A stretch of DNA of 50,952 nt from Alphaproteobacteria bacterium (GCA_016927395.1 JAFGMU010000010.1:1-50952); one strand, 5' to 3'. Shown: positions 9,431-19,452, counted from the stretch's first letter. Notes: generated by a model from the letters alone, not told the origin. Program-made: numbers and translations.

Positions 9431-9798
9431 AGAGAATGAAATACTTCCAAATGAAAGATATTTTGTTATCCATATCAGATCCTGTTGAAAAATTGGAAAT
9501 GGTTATGGAATTTGGCAAAACTTTGGAACAAATGCCAGTAAATGCCGATTGTAAAGAAATGTCAGGTTGTATGTCTTTGGTAAAAATGTGCAAGTTTGGC
9601 GACAGGTTTTATGGTACAGCTGATTCTTCAATGGTGCGTGGAATTGTTGCAATTATTTTGGCAATGGTCCAAGACAAAACAGTCCAAGAAATAAAATCCA
9701 TGGATTTGCATGGTGAATTTGCCCAACTGGATATAAATTTGGGTGCCAGTCGTATGAATGGTGTTAATTCTATACTCGGCTTTTTTGAAAATTTATGA
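9424..9798 (+). CDS. sufE: SufE-like sulfur acceptor
   Basis: MSGCMSLVKM matches the SufE/CsdE Cys loop (GCxSxVW). Alternative start at ATG 9436. Confidence 0.75.
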   Translation: MVERMKYFQMKDILLSISDPVEKLEMVMEFGKTLEQMPVNADCKEMSGCMSLVKMCKFGDRFYGTADSSMVRGIVAIILAMVQDKTVQEIKSMDLHGEFAQLDINLGASRMNGVNSILGFFENL

Positions 9799-9834
9799 TA
9801 AACTGGAATACAGTTAAAACGGAAAATATTATCC

Positions 9835-10125
9835 ATGGATGACGAAAGCGAAAAAATGTTTAACTGGGGTTTGGGGTTGGCAATGTTTGTATTGATGTTG
9901 ACAGCTGTTCTTCAGGTTTGTTACAGGACGCAGAACAGGGTACGCGCGCAAATTCATAAACAAATTGTCACGACCCAACAAGATATAGCAATTGCTGATG
10001 CTAATTTTTCATCGTATGTGGGGAATGAAATTCTAAGAAATATAGTAATGACCGTTTATCCAAAGGCCGAAGTTATAACTTTTAACAAGTCTATTTCTAT
10101 AAAAGACTTGCCAAACGAAGAATAA
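9835..10125 (+). CDS. putative cell division protein FtsL-like
   Basis: 96 aa with a single TM (WGLGLAMFVLMLTAVLQV) followed by a helical region. Ends 2 bp before ftsI, the usual FtsL position. Called by position only. Confidence 0.5.
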   Translation: MDDESEKMFNWGLGLAMFVLMLTAVLQVCYRTQNRVRAQIHKQIVTTQQDIAIADANFSSYVGNEILRNIVMTVYPKAEVITFNKSISIKDLPNEE

Positions 10126-10127
10126 AC

Positions 10128-11753
10128 ATGTTTGAAGTTGGAAAAGATATTTTAAAAAATGGTTTCAAATCGGTTGGTACAGAAAGCACAAGTCGCAGCC
10201 GTATTAGAATTGTTTATTATATATTTGTAATAACATTTGCAATATTTATATTCAGAACTTTATGGATTGGTATCGAAGGCACAAACAGAACCAGGCTTGC
10301 CGGTGGTGACAGCACATGGAACATTTCGCGCGCGGATATAGTTGATAGAAATGGTGATATTCTGGCCAAAAATGTTATGTCTGGAAATATTGTTTTGCGT
10401 CCCACACAGGTCAAGGATAGAGATGCGGTTGCAATGCTTATTCATACTGTTTTACCATCTGAATATACGGTTTCTGATGCTTTGCGACTTATAAATTCTT
10501 CACGTTCTTTTATTTATTTGAAAAAGCTTGCAAACGATAATCAGTTAAATCAAATAACCAAGGCAAAACTGCCAGGATTGAATATCGAAAGTATACAAAA
10601 CAGGGTTTATCCAAAACAAAGATTATTTTCGCACATTGTTGGTTTCGTAGAACAGGGTGGAAATGGTGCGGATGGTGCAGAAAAGTTTTTTGATTCTTAT
10701 TTGCGTGAAAACAAAGATCCGCTACAACTATCTCTGGATTCCAGAATTCAATCCGTTTTTTATGACCAACTGTCTTTGGCTATGCAGAAATACCAAGCAA
10801 ATTCCGCAATGGGAATGTTGATAAATTCGCGTACTGGTGAAATTATTGCAATAGTATCAATGCCTGATTATGACCCAGAAAACAGAAATCTTGATCCTAC
10901 AAAAAACAGAATGTTTATGCCAATGCGCGGTGTTTTTGAAATGGGGTCAATTTTTAAAATATTTAATACTGCTATGGCATATGAAAATGGAATAGACCAC
11001 GAGTATTATATTGCTAAACCTTATAAAATTTTAGATAAGTTTGGTCGTACAGCAGCGAATATAAGTGATATAAGTAGTTTTAAACCACCTCGTCCAAATT
11101 TGTCTGTTGCTGAAATTATGCTGCATTCATGCAACGTAGGAAGTGCTCAAATAGCTCTGGATCTTCCAGAAGGTACACAGCCAGAGTTTTTCAAAAGAAT
11201 ACATATGGATGATGCTTTGAATTTGGAATTTGGTAGAACTGAAAAACCATTGTGGCCCGCAAAGTGGGGTCCTGTTGAAAAAGCAACAGTTGCATTCGGA
11301 CATGGTATAGCAGTTACACCAATGCATGTATTATTGGCTGTAAATTCTATGATAAACGGCGGAATATATATTTATCCAACATTACAGAAACGTGGTATTG
11401 GTGTTGTTCAAGGCGAACGTGTTATATCACCAGAAATATCATCCAGACTGCGCGATATAATGTTCAGAATTTCAGAAGAAACATCTGGTAAACAAGCGAA
11501 AATTCCAGGAATAGATATTGGTGGAAAAACAGCAACTGCTGAAAAAAGGGTGAATGGAAAAATAGATAAAAAGAAAAACTTAACAGCGTTTGTTGGTGCA
11601 TTTCCAATAGAAGCACCACAATACACAATATTGATTGTTTTAGATGAGCCCAAGGGTACACCAGAAACATTCGGACTGCGTACTGCCGCTTGGAATGCTG
11701 TGCCAACTGCTGGAAAAATATTGAACGATATATTACCGCTGCTGTTTAATTAG
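10128..11753 (+). CDS. ftsI: peptidoglycan D,D-transpeptidase FtsI (class B PBP)
   Basis: 541 aa. N-terminal TM anchor, then SIFK (SxxK), SCN (SxN), and GKTATAE where KTG is expected. Confidence 0.88.
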   Translation: MFEVGKDILKNGFKSVGTESTSRSRIRIVYYIFVITFAIFIFRTLWIGIEGTNRTRLAGGDSTWNISRADIVDRNGDILAKNVMSGNIVLRPTQVKDRDAVAMLIHTVLPSEYTVSDALRLINSSRSFIYLKKLANDNQLNQITKAKLPGLNIESIQNRVYPKQRLFSHIVGFVEQGGNGADGAEKFFDSYLRENKDPLQLSLDSRIQSVFYDQLSLAMQKYQANSAMGMLINSRTGEIIAIVSMPDYDPENRNLDPTKNRMFMPMRGVFEMGSIFKIFNTAMAYENGIDHEYYIAKPYKILDKFGRTAANISDISSFKPPRPNLSVAEIMLHSCNVGSAQIALDLPEGTQPEFFKRIHMDDALNLEFGRTEKPLWPAKWGPVEKATVAFGHGIAVTPMHVLLAVNSMINGGIYIYPTLQKRGIGVVQGERVISPEISSRLRDIMFRISEETSGKQAKIPGIDIGGKTATAEKRVNGKIDKKKNLTAFVGAFPIEAPQYTILIVLDEPKGTPETFGLRTAAWNAVPTAGKILNDILPLLFN

Positions 11754-11805
11754 CTTTTTATAAAATAAAAATATTGATATCAAATTTCTTAGATTTTTCT
11801 TTTTC

Positions 11806-11834
11806 TTGTTAAAGCACTTATTCTGTTATATAAT
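11806..11834 (+). promoter_or_regulatory. sigma70-type promoter TTGTTA-17-TATAAT
   Basis: Near-consensus hexamers with a 17-bp spacer, 28 bp upstream of recJ. Overlapped by the inverted repeat CTGTTAT-ATA-ATAACAG (11823-11839). Confidence 0.55.
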
Positions 11835-11861
11835 AACAGTGATAAGAATAAAGAGATTAGA

Positions 11862-13622
11862 GTGAGAAAGATAGTAGATAAATCCATGCTGGGAAGGGCA
11901 TGGGTTGTGGCGACGCAATCAGAAGAATACAACCCTGGCATAGATATAAAAGATGATTTTCTAATAGAAAAAATACTGGAATCACGTGGAATATCCGGTG
12001 CGGATAAAATTGAAAAGTTTTTAAACCCCAGCATAAAAGAATACATGCCAGATCCAAGTATTTTGATGGATATGGACAAAGCCGCACAAATAATTGCAGA
12101 TTGTGTTGCTGAAAATAAAAAAATTGCAGTTTATGGCGATTATGACGTTGATGGTATAACATCTACGGCTGTGTTTGTTAAATACCTCCGTGAATTGGGT
12201 ATGGATGTAATTTGGCATTTGCCAACACGCGAAGGCGAAGGTTATGGTCTGAATATCGAAGCTATTGATGCAATCGCACAACAGGGTGTTGATTTGATGA
12301 TAACTGTTGATTGCGGCATCAGCGGAATAGAAGAGGTTGCATACGCAAAAAAACTGGGTATGAAAGTTGTTGTGACCGACCATCATTCACCAGATTCTGT
12401 TTTACCGGATGCAGACGCAGTTGTAAACCCCAAGAGATTAGATGATACTTCTGGATTATCATATTTAGCAGGTGTTGGTGTTGCGTTTTTAACTTTGGTT
12501 GCATTAAATCGTGAACTGCGTAACAGAATAGATAAAGAAAAAATTGAAAATATAAATTTATTAGATTATCTGGATTTAGTTGCGCTGGGAACAATTTGCG
12601 ACACTATGCCACTTATTGAATTAAATCGTGCCTTTGTTTCAACAGGATTAAAAGTTTTATCGCGTAATAAAAATTTGGGATTAAAAGTTTTAATGGATGT
12701 GGCGGGGATAAAAAAACCATCTGTTTATGCGGCCGGGTTTGCGCTGGGGCCACGTTTGAATGCAGCTGGCAGATTGGATTCAGCTGCACCTGCATTGGAA
12801 TTATTGCTGACAGATAATGTTTTGATTGCAAATGATTTGGCAAACAAATTACATAAAATGAATCAGGAAAGAATCGATATTCAAAATTCAATTATGTTAA
12901 ACGCGGTTGATATGGCCCAAAAATGTTGTGAATCTGGAAAATGCAGCAGCTTGTTCGTATGTGGTGATAATTGGCATGGTGGAGTTATGGGAATTATTGC
13001 CGGCAGATTAAAGGATAAATACAATCTTCCTTCGTGTGTGGCAACCAGGGTCGATGGTGTAATAAACGGATCTGGTCGTTCAATACCCGGGGTTGATTTG
13101 GGGAAAATTATTCACGATGCATTGGCAGCAGGTGTAATTTCCGAAGGTGGTGGTCACGCAGCAGCAGCTGGCTTTACATTGCCTGCTGAAAAAGAAGTCG
13201 AGTTTTGCAGATTTTTAGAACAAGAAGTTTTAAAACAATTAAATGGTGAAGTTCCAACCACAGAAATAATAATTGATGCACAAATGGATTCTGGTGGGGC
13301 AAATATGGATTTGGTTCAAAAATTGGCAGCACTGGAACCGTTTGGGCAGGGTAACCCAGAACCTATGTTGGTTTTGCACGGTGCAACACTGGCATATGCT
13401 TCGACAATGGGTAATGGATCACATATTCGTGGAACTGTTAATACAAGCAGTGGTAAACAACTTTCATTTGTTGGATTTAATTTAGCTTCAACAAAAATTG
13501 GTGATTTTTTACTGGACGATACAAATACAAATACTAAAATAACAATGCTGGGAAAGCTGAAAGAAAATGATTATCAGGGCAGAGTATCCGCCCAGTTCAT
13601 ACTGGAAGATATGACTGTATAA
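11862..13622 (+). CDS. recJ: single-stranded-DNA-specific exonuclease RecJ
   Basis: 586 aa. DHH motifs DYDVDGITS, TVDCG and VTDHHSP, plus DHHA1 GGGHAAAAG. GTG start; alternative ATG at 11886. Confidence 0.9.
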   Translation: MRKIVDKSMLGRAWVVATQSEEYNPGIDIKDDFLIEKILESRGISGADKIEKFLNPSIKEYMPDPSILMDMDKAAQIIADCVAENKKIAVYGDYDVDGITSTAVFVKYLRELGMDVIWHLPTREGEGYGLNIEAIDAIAQQGVDLMITVDCGISGIEEVAYAKKLGMKVVVTDHHSPDSVLPDADAVVNPKRLDDTSGLSYLAGVGVAFLTLVALNRELRNRIDKEKIENINLLDYLDLVALGTICDTMPLIELNRAFVSTGLKVLSRNKNLGLKVLMDVAGIKKPSVYAAGFALGPRLNAAGRLDSAAPALELLLTDNVLIANDLANKLHKMNQERIDIQNSIMLNAVDMAQKCCESGKCSSLFVCGDNWHGGVMGIIAGRLKDKYNLPSCVATRVDGVINGSGRSIPGVDLGKIIHDALAAGVISEGGGHAAAAGFTLPAEKEVEFCRFLEQEVLKQLNGEVPTTEIIIDAQMDSGGANMDLVQKLAALEPFGQGNPEPMLVLHGATLAYASTMGNGSHIRGTVNTSSGKQLSFVGFNLASTKIGDFLLDDTNTNTKITMLGKLKENDYQGRVSAQFILEDMTV

Positions 13623-13638
13623 AAATACGGATTAAAAT

Positions 13639-14250
13639 ATGAAAAAATTATTATCATTGTTTTTAATTTTGGTTTCTTTACCGGCTTATTCGGCGGTGGA
13701 TTCTAATCAGGTTGAAAGGGCTGAAAAATATTTGAATTCCATAACAGGATTGTCCGGAAATTTTACACAGATTGCAAATGGCAAAAAAGATTCTGGTGAT
13801 TTTTCAATGCTTCGTCCCGGTCGCGTCAGGTTGGATTACAGCAGTTTACCAGTTCAATTAATTGCAGATGGCAAGGATTTGTATTTCTTTGATAAATCAC
13901 TGGATCAGATAACAACGGTTCCATTGACCAGTACACCAGCCGGCATTTTAATCAGAAAACATATTGATTTAAGAAATTCTGATATAACTGTTTCCGATAC
14001 CCAAACAGATGCAAAAACTTTTTCTTTGAAGATGCATTTGCGCAACAACGAAGGCGTTGGAAACATGACAGTTGTTTTTGATAATGATCCTGTTCGTTTG
14101 GATTCTTGGACTGTGGTTGATGCAACAGGCACAAAAACCCAGGTTGTATTCAATGGTTTAAAAACTAAAACAGATTTCGGAAAAAATTATTTCCAGATTC
14201 AACGTCATAAAACAGTTTCCGTTGCTGGTGGGGATTCTTATTATGATTAA
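13639..14250 (+). CDS. lolA: outer-membrane lipoprotein carrier protein LolA
   Basis: 203 aa. Signal peptide ...LPAYSA and LolA-like blocks SGNFTQ and RLDYSSLPVQLIADGKDLYFFDKSLDQ. Confidence 0.8.
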   Translation: MKKLLSLFLILVSLPAYSAVDSNQVERAEKYLNSITGLSGNFTQIANGKKDSGDFSMLRPGRVRLDYSSLPVQLIADGKDLYFFDKSLDQITTVPLTSTPAGILIRKHIDLRNSDITVSDTQTDAKTFSLKMHLRNNEGVGNMTVVFDNDPVRLDSWTVVDATGTKTQVVFNGLKTKTDFGKNYFQIQRHKTVSVAGGDSYYD

Positions 14251-14265
14251 TAATTGGAAAAATTA

Positions 14266-14583
14266 ATGTTTGGAATTAGTTGGGCTGAATTATTTGTAAT
14301 TGTTTTGGTTGCCATTCTGATAATACCATCAGAAAATTGGCCCGACGTTGCACGTTTTCTGGCAAAAGTTGTAAAATTTATTAGAAATTTGATTTGGAAA
14401 ATTTCCGATGCTTCCGAAAATATAAAAGAGCAAATTGAACTGGAAAAACCAATAAACGATTTAATAAAAAATACAACTGATGATGTTTTATCCAGTTTTT
14501 CTTCAATTCGTCCGGATGTAAAAAAATCAATATCAAAAACCATAAAAACAAAATCCAAACCAAAGGCAAAATCTAAAAAATGA
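14266..14583 (+). CDS. tatB: twin-arginine translocase subunit TatB
   Basis: 105 aa from ATG 14266. MFGISWAELFVIVLVAILII N-terminus. Overlaps the tatC start by 4 bp. Confidence 0.8.
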   Translation: MFGISWAELFVIVLVAILIIPSENWPDVARFLAKVVKFIRNLIWKISDASENIKEQIELEKPINDLIKNTTDDVLSSFSSIRPDVKKSISKTIKTKSKPKAKSKK

Positions 14584-15290
14584 AAATGACATTGCAGCAA
14601 CATTTTGCAGAACTGCGCAGACGTGTTTTGTGGACATTGTTGATTTTTGCAATTGCATTTGGGATTGGTTGGTTTGTTTCGCCATTTATTCAGGATTTTT
14701 TAACAGAACCACTGATGGCGGTTTGGCCAGATGGAAAAATGCTGTATACTGGTTTGGCAGATGGCGTTTTGATTCAGTTTTCACTGGCAACACTGTTGGC
14801 AATAATTGTTGCAATTCCAGTGGTATTATGGCACATCTGGGAATTTGTTGCCCCGGGTCTGCATAAAAACGAAAAGCAATTTATACTGCCGATTTTGATT
14901 TTATCCCCGATTTTATTTTTAATGGGTGCATCATTTGCTTTTTATATCTTATTCCCGTTTGTGTTCAAATTTTTTGTGACTTTGAATCAATCGGCACCAG
15001 TGCCCAGTGTATTAATGCCAGCAATGAAAGATTATTTGTCTTTTTCAATAGGTTTGTTAAAGATTTTTGGAATTGCATTTCAAATGCCACTGGTTATGGT
15101 TTTGTTGAATAGACTGGGGGTTTTATCCAGGGCTGCGGTTGTTAAATTCAGAAGATATGCAATAGTTTTTATTTTCGTTGTAGCAGCTATGTTGACACCA
15201 CCCGATATTATTTCACAAACTATTTTGGCAATACCTATGATTGCTTTGTTTGAAATCAGTATTATTTTTATGAAGAAAGATAATTCTTAA
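14580..15290 (+). CDS. tatC: twin-arginine translocase subunit TatC
   Basis: 236 aa with six TM segments. EFVAPGLHKNEK and TPPD motifs. Confidence 0.9.
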   Translation: MKMTLQQHFAELRRRVLWTLLIFAIAFGIGWFVSPFIQDFLTEPLMAVWPDGKMLYTGLADGVLIQFSLATLLAIIVAIPVVLWHIWEFVAPGLHKNEKQFILPILILSPILFLMGASFAFYILFPFVFKFFVTLNQSAPVPSVLMPAMKDYLSFSIGLLKIFGIAFQMPLVMVLLNRLGVLSRAAVVKFRRYAIVFIFVVAAMLTPPDIISQTILAIPMIALFEISIIFMKKDNS

Positions 15291-15324
15291 TACAACTACA
15301 ACAGTTTATTTGTTGATATTTTTA

Positions 15325-15333
15325 TGGTATAAT
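15325..15333 (+). promoter_or_regulatory. extended -10 element TGGTATAAT
   Basis: TGnTATAAT match 9 bp upstream of the GTG start at 15342. Confidence 0.4.
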
Positions 15334-15341
15334 CTGGTATC

Positions 15342-16664
15342 GTGAATAGATTCATAAAACTTTTATTTTGCTGTGTGATACTGGCACTGTCAGCATGTGA
15401 TTTGCAGCCAAAAATTGCATCAATTCCTGATTCTGTTGGTGAATTTATCTCTACACGTTATCCGGCTTTGTTGGCGGATCCTAAAACTCAACCAGAAATT
15501 TATAATTCAGCTGCAAGCGACTATGGTGTTTATGCTTCGCCAGAGTTGTATGGAAACGCTGACGTCGAAGATTATATTTTATACGCCAGTGTCGATGATT
15601 ACACTTTGAAGCCCCAGCAGACAAAAATATCTCAAAAATCTGTCGCCCAGCAAAAAATTACACCAGCTGTTCCAGATGATTACTTAAAAATACCTGTTTA
15701 CAGAAGTACACTTAATGAAACAAATGAAATCAGGGTTGCGTCCGGCGATACTGTTTATTCGCTGTCACACAAGCATTTAATGTCAGTTGATGAATTTGCA
15801 AAATTGAATAATTTATCCGCACCATATAAACTATCCATAGGTCAGAAATTAAAAGTTTCAAAACCAGAAGATTTAAGAAGTATGCCGGTTGTAGTCACAT
15901 CAAATAAAAATGAAAAATCACAACCACAAAAAATCGAACCTGTGGCAGTTACCAAAGTTGAACTGACCGAAATAAAAGTGGGGCCTGGTGATACGTTGTA
16001 TTCAATTTCCAGAAAATATTCTATACCAGTTAATGATTTGGCAGTTATGAATAAGCTTTCTGCGCCGTTTACATTGTCTTTGGGACAGAAATTAAAAGTT
16101 CCAAAATTAAAAGAATCGGTCCAGCCTGATGTTAAAACAGAACCAGCCAAGATTGCGATTGTTAAAAAATCAGGAAAATATGTTGGAAAACCAGAAACAA
16201 TTACAACAGTAAAAACAGCACCGTTTACAAAAACAAAAATATCATCAGATCCGTCTAAGGCATTACCAACAATTGCTTCGCGTTCGTCGTCAAAGTTCAG
16301 TTGGCCAGTCAGGGGTAATATTTTGTCCGACTTTGGAGCAAAGTCAAATGGGCTTTACAACGATGGTATTAATATCGGCGCAAGGAAAGGAACCAAAGTA
16401 GTTGCCGCTGAAAATGGAGTTGTTGCATACGCTGGTAATGAATTAAAAGGAATGGGTAATTTGGTTATTATTCAACACTCTGGTGGATGGATGACTGTTT
16501 ATGCTCACATGGATAACATGCTGGTCAGACGTGGTGCCAAGGTAAGGGTTGGTCAACAAATCGGATCTGTTGGTCAAACAGGCAAAGTTGATCGCCCACA
16601 GTTGCATTTTGAAATACGCAAAGGTACAAAGGCGTATGACCCGTCCAGACAGTTAAAAAGATAA
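15342..16664 (+). CDS. LysM-domain M23 metallopeptidase lipoprotein (NlpD-like)
   Basis: GTG start. Lipobox LALSAC, two LysM repeats (GDTVYSLS..., GDTLYSIS...) and a C-terminal M23 core GNLVIIQHSGGWMTVYAHM...RPQLHFEIRKG. Confidence 0.88.
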   Translation: MNRFIKLLFCCVILALSACDLQPKIASIPDSVGEFISTRYPALLADPKTQPEIYNSAASDYGVYASPELYGNADVEDYILYASVDDYTLKPQQTKISQKSVAQQKITPAVPDDYLKIPVYRSTLNETNEIRVASGDTVYSLSHKHLMSVDEFAKLNNLSAPYKLSIGQKLKVSKPEDLRSMPVVVTSNKNEKSQPQKIEPVAVTKVELTEIKVGPGDTLYSISRKYSIPVNDLAVMNKLSAPFTLSLGQKLKVPKLKESVQPDVKTEPAKIAIVKKSGKYVGKPETITTVKTAPFTKTKISSDPSKALPTIASRSSSKFSWPVRGNILSDFGAKSNGLYNDGINIGARKGTKVVAAENGVVAYAGNELKGMGNLVIIQHSGGWMTVYAHMDNMLVRRGAKVRVGQQIGSVGQTGKVDRPQLHFEIRKGTKAYDPSRQLKR

Positions 16665-16727
16665 TATTTTACCGCTAAAACTTATTTGATTTTTGCCAAA
16701 AATTAGCTCGAAATAAAAAGCCTATTT

Positions 16728-16736
16728 TGTTATAAT
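16728..16736 (+). promoter_or_regulatory. extended -10 element TGTTATAAT
   Basis: TGnTATAAT match about 50 bp upstream of ppdK. Confidence 0.4.
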
Positions 16737-16786
16737 CACTTGGTTGTTTTTCAACTTATCTGATAATAAAAAACGGAGAAAAAAAG

Positions 16787-19444
16787 ATGGCTAATAAATG
16801 GGTATATTCCTTTGGTGACGGAAAAGCCGAAGGTCGTGCAGATATGAAAAATTTGCTGGGTGGCAAAGGAGCAAATTTGGCTGAAATGAATCTAGTTGGG
16901 TTACCGGTGCCTGCGGGTTTTACGGTTACAACAGAAGTTTGTACTTACTATTACGATAATAATAAAAGTTATCCAAATGATTTGAAAAATCAGGTTGAAT
17001 CAGGAATTTCACATATCGAAACCGTTATGGGCCATAAATTTGGTGATGTTAAAAATCCATTATTGTTATCAGTTCGTTCTGGGGCCCGTGTTTCTATGCC
17101 TGGTATGATGAATACGGTTTTGAATTTGGGTCTGAACGATGAAACTGTAAAAGGTCTGGCCCAGTTTACTGGTGACGAACGTATGGCATATGATTCATAT
17201 CGTCGTTTTTTAATGATGTTCTCGGACGTTGTATTGGAAGCAGATATTGATTTGTTTGAACATACATTGGAACGCATGAAAGATGAAAAAGGTTATAAAT
17301 TTGATAATGAACTGACAGTTGATGATTTAAAACATCTTGTTATTCAGTTCAAAGAAATTGGTGAAAAACTTGGTAAGCCAGTCCCACAAGATCCATGGGA
17401 ACAATTATATGCCGGAATTGGTGCAGTGTTCGGATCTTGGATGACCAAGAAAGCTGTTACTTATCGTAAATTAAATAATATTCCAGGAAATTGGGGAACT
17501 GCTGTTAATGTCCAGGCTATGGTGTTTGGAAATTCTGGTGATGATTCTGCAACTGGTGTATGTTTTTCACGTGATCCAGCAACTGGCGAAAATAAATTCT
17601 ATGGCGAATATTTGATTAACGCCCAGGGCGAAGACGTTGTTGCAGGTATTCGTACGCCACAACCAATGGTAAAAGACAACAGTGGTCGTATATCTTTGGA
17701 AGAAGCAATGCCAGAAGTTTATGCAGAATTGTTTGCAGCTAGAAATAAACTGGAACAACATTACAAAGATATGCAGGATATGGAATTTACCATAGAACAT
17801 AAAAAACTGTGGATGTTACAAACCAGAAATGGAAAACGAACAGCAGCAGCAGCAGTTCGCATCGCAGTTGAAATGGTAGAAGAAGGTTTATTGACTCGTG
17901 AAGAAGCAATTATGCGTGTTGGTGCGGATCAATTAAATCATTTGTTACATCCAATGTTGGATCCAAAAGCACAAAAGAATGTTATTGCAACAGGATTACC
18001 AGCATCCCCAGGGGCGGCTGTTGGACGCGTTGTATTTTCAGCTGGGGATGCCGAAGATTGGAAAAAGAAGGGCGAAAAAGTAATGTTGGTTCGTATTGAA
18101 ACCAGCCCCGAAGATATTGCAGGTATGGATGCCGCCCAGGGTATTATTACTGCACGTGGTGGTATGACATCGCATGCAGCTGTGGTTGCGCGTGGTATGG
18201 GTCGTCCATGTGTATCTGGGTCTGCTGATATCAAGATTGACTATGTTACAAAAACGCTAAAAACAACATCTGGCGTCGTTATAAAAGAAGGTGACTGGGT
18301 TTCTATTGATGGTGCAAAGGGTGAAATTATTGAAGGTCAGGTTCCAACTGTATCGGTTGAAATGACAGGAAACTTTGGAAAGTTAATGGAATGGGTTGAT
18401 AAAATAAAATCGTTGGAAATTCGAGCAAATGCCGAAACTCCACGCGACGCAAAAACTGCACGTGGCTTTGGCGCCGAAGGTATAGGTTTGGCGCGTACGG
18501 AACATATGTTCTTTGACCCATCACGTATCCAAGATATGAGAGAGATGATATTGGCATCTGATGAAGCAGGGCGCAGAATTGCATTAGAAAAACTGTTACC
18601 ATATCAAAGACAAGACTTTGTTGATTTATTCAAAATCATGGATGGTTTACCAGTAACAATTCGTTTGATTGATCCACCACTGCATGAATTTTTGCCACAC
18701 ACAGATGCAGAAATCAAAGAATTGTCAGAACATACTGGAAAATCGATTGAGTTTATAAAAGAACGCAGCAATGCATTGCATGAACAAAATCCAATGTTGG
18801 GACATCGTGGTTGCAGATTGGCGATTACTTATCCGGAAATTGCTGAAATGCAAACACGTGCAATATTGGAGGCAGCACTTGAATGTAAAGATGCCGGTGT
18901 AAAAGTAATGCCAGAAATCGAAGTTCCATTGGTTGGTTCCAAAAAAGAATTGGATATTGTTAAATCTGTAATAGACAGCACAGCCGAACAGATATTTGCA
19001 GCAAAAGGTGCACGAATCAATTACAAGGTTGGTTCTATGATTGAATTACCACGGGCGGCATTGTTGGCTGATGAAATTGCAGAAATTTCAGAATTCTTTG
19101 GATTTGGCACAAATGATTTGACCCAGACAACATTGGGTATGTCACGAGATGATACTGGTGCAATTCTGGAAGAATATCGTGCACGTGGGGTTTATGTTGC
19201 TGATCCATTTGCTTCAATTGATACAGCCGGTGTTGGTAAATTGGTTAAGAATGCTGTTGAACTGGGACGCAAGGTCAAAGGACACGATATTCACGTTGGT
19301 GTTTGTGGTGAACATGGTGGTGATCCTGAATCAATTCAATTCTTTCATGATTGTGGTATGGACTTTGTATCATGCAGTCCGTTCCGTGTACCAATTGCAC
19401 GTTTGGCTGCTGCCCAGGCAGCGGTTAAAAATCCGCGTAAATAG
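16787..19444 (+). CDS. ppdK: pyruvate, phosphate dikinase
   Basis: 885 aa. Phosphohistidine loop GGMTSHAAVVARGMG. The C-terminal PEP-utilising barrel has FGFGTNDLTQ and CGEHGGDP. Confidence 0.95.
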   Translation: MANKWVYSFGDGKAEGRADMKNLLGGKGANLAEMNLVGLPVPAGFTVTTEVCTYYYDNNKSYPNDLKNQVESGISHIETVMGHKFGDVKNPLLLSVRSGARVSMPGMMNTVLNLGLNDETVKGLAQFTGDERMAYDSYRRFLMMFSDVVLEADIDLFEHTLERMKDEKGYKFDNELTVDDLKHLVIQFKEIGEKLGKPVPQDPWEQLYAGIGAVFGSWMTKKAVTYRKLNNIPGNWGTAVNVQAMVFGNSGDDSATGVCFSRDPATGENKFYGEYLINAQGEDVVAGIRTPQPMVKDNSGRISLEEAMPEVYAELFAARNKLEQHYKDMQDMEFTIEHKKLWMLQTRNGKRTAAAAVRIAVEMVEEGLLTREEAIMRVGADQLNHLLHPMLDPKAQKNVIATGLPASPGAAVGRVVFSAGDAEDWKKKGEKVMLVRIETSPEDIAGMDAAQGIITARGGMTSHAAVVARGMGRPCVSGSADIKIDYVTKTLKTTSGVVIKEGDWVSIDGAKGEIIEGQVPTVSVEMTGNFGKLMEWVDKIKSLEIRANAETPRDAKTARGFGAEGIGLARTEHMFFDPSRIQDMREMILASDEAGRRIALEKLLPYQRQDFVDLFKIMDGLPVTIRLIDPPLHEFLPHTDAEIKELSEHTGKSIEFIKERSNALHEQNPMLGHRGCRLAITYPEIAEMQTRAILEAALECKDAGVKVMPEIEVPLVGSKKELDIVKSVIDSTAEQIFAAKGARINYKVGSMIELPRAALLADEIAEISEFFGFGTNDLTQTTLGMSRDDTGAILEEYRARGVYVADPFASIDTAGVGKLVKNAVELGRKVKGHDIHVGVCGEHGGDPESIQFFHDCGMDFVSCSPFRVPIARLAAAQAAVKNPRK

Positions 19445-19452
19445 TATGTTAA

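Noticed and set aside
11823-11839. Calling the recJ palindrome a LexA/SOS box.
   Set aside because: CTGT and ACAG are separated by 9 nt, not 8. The expected alphaproteobacterial SOS motif is a GTTC direct repeat. It is kept only as an unassigned operator candidate.
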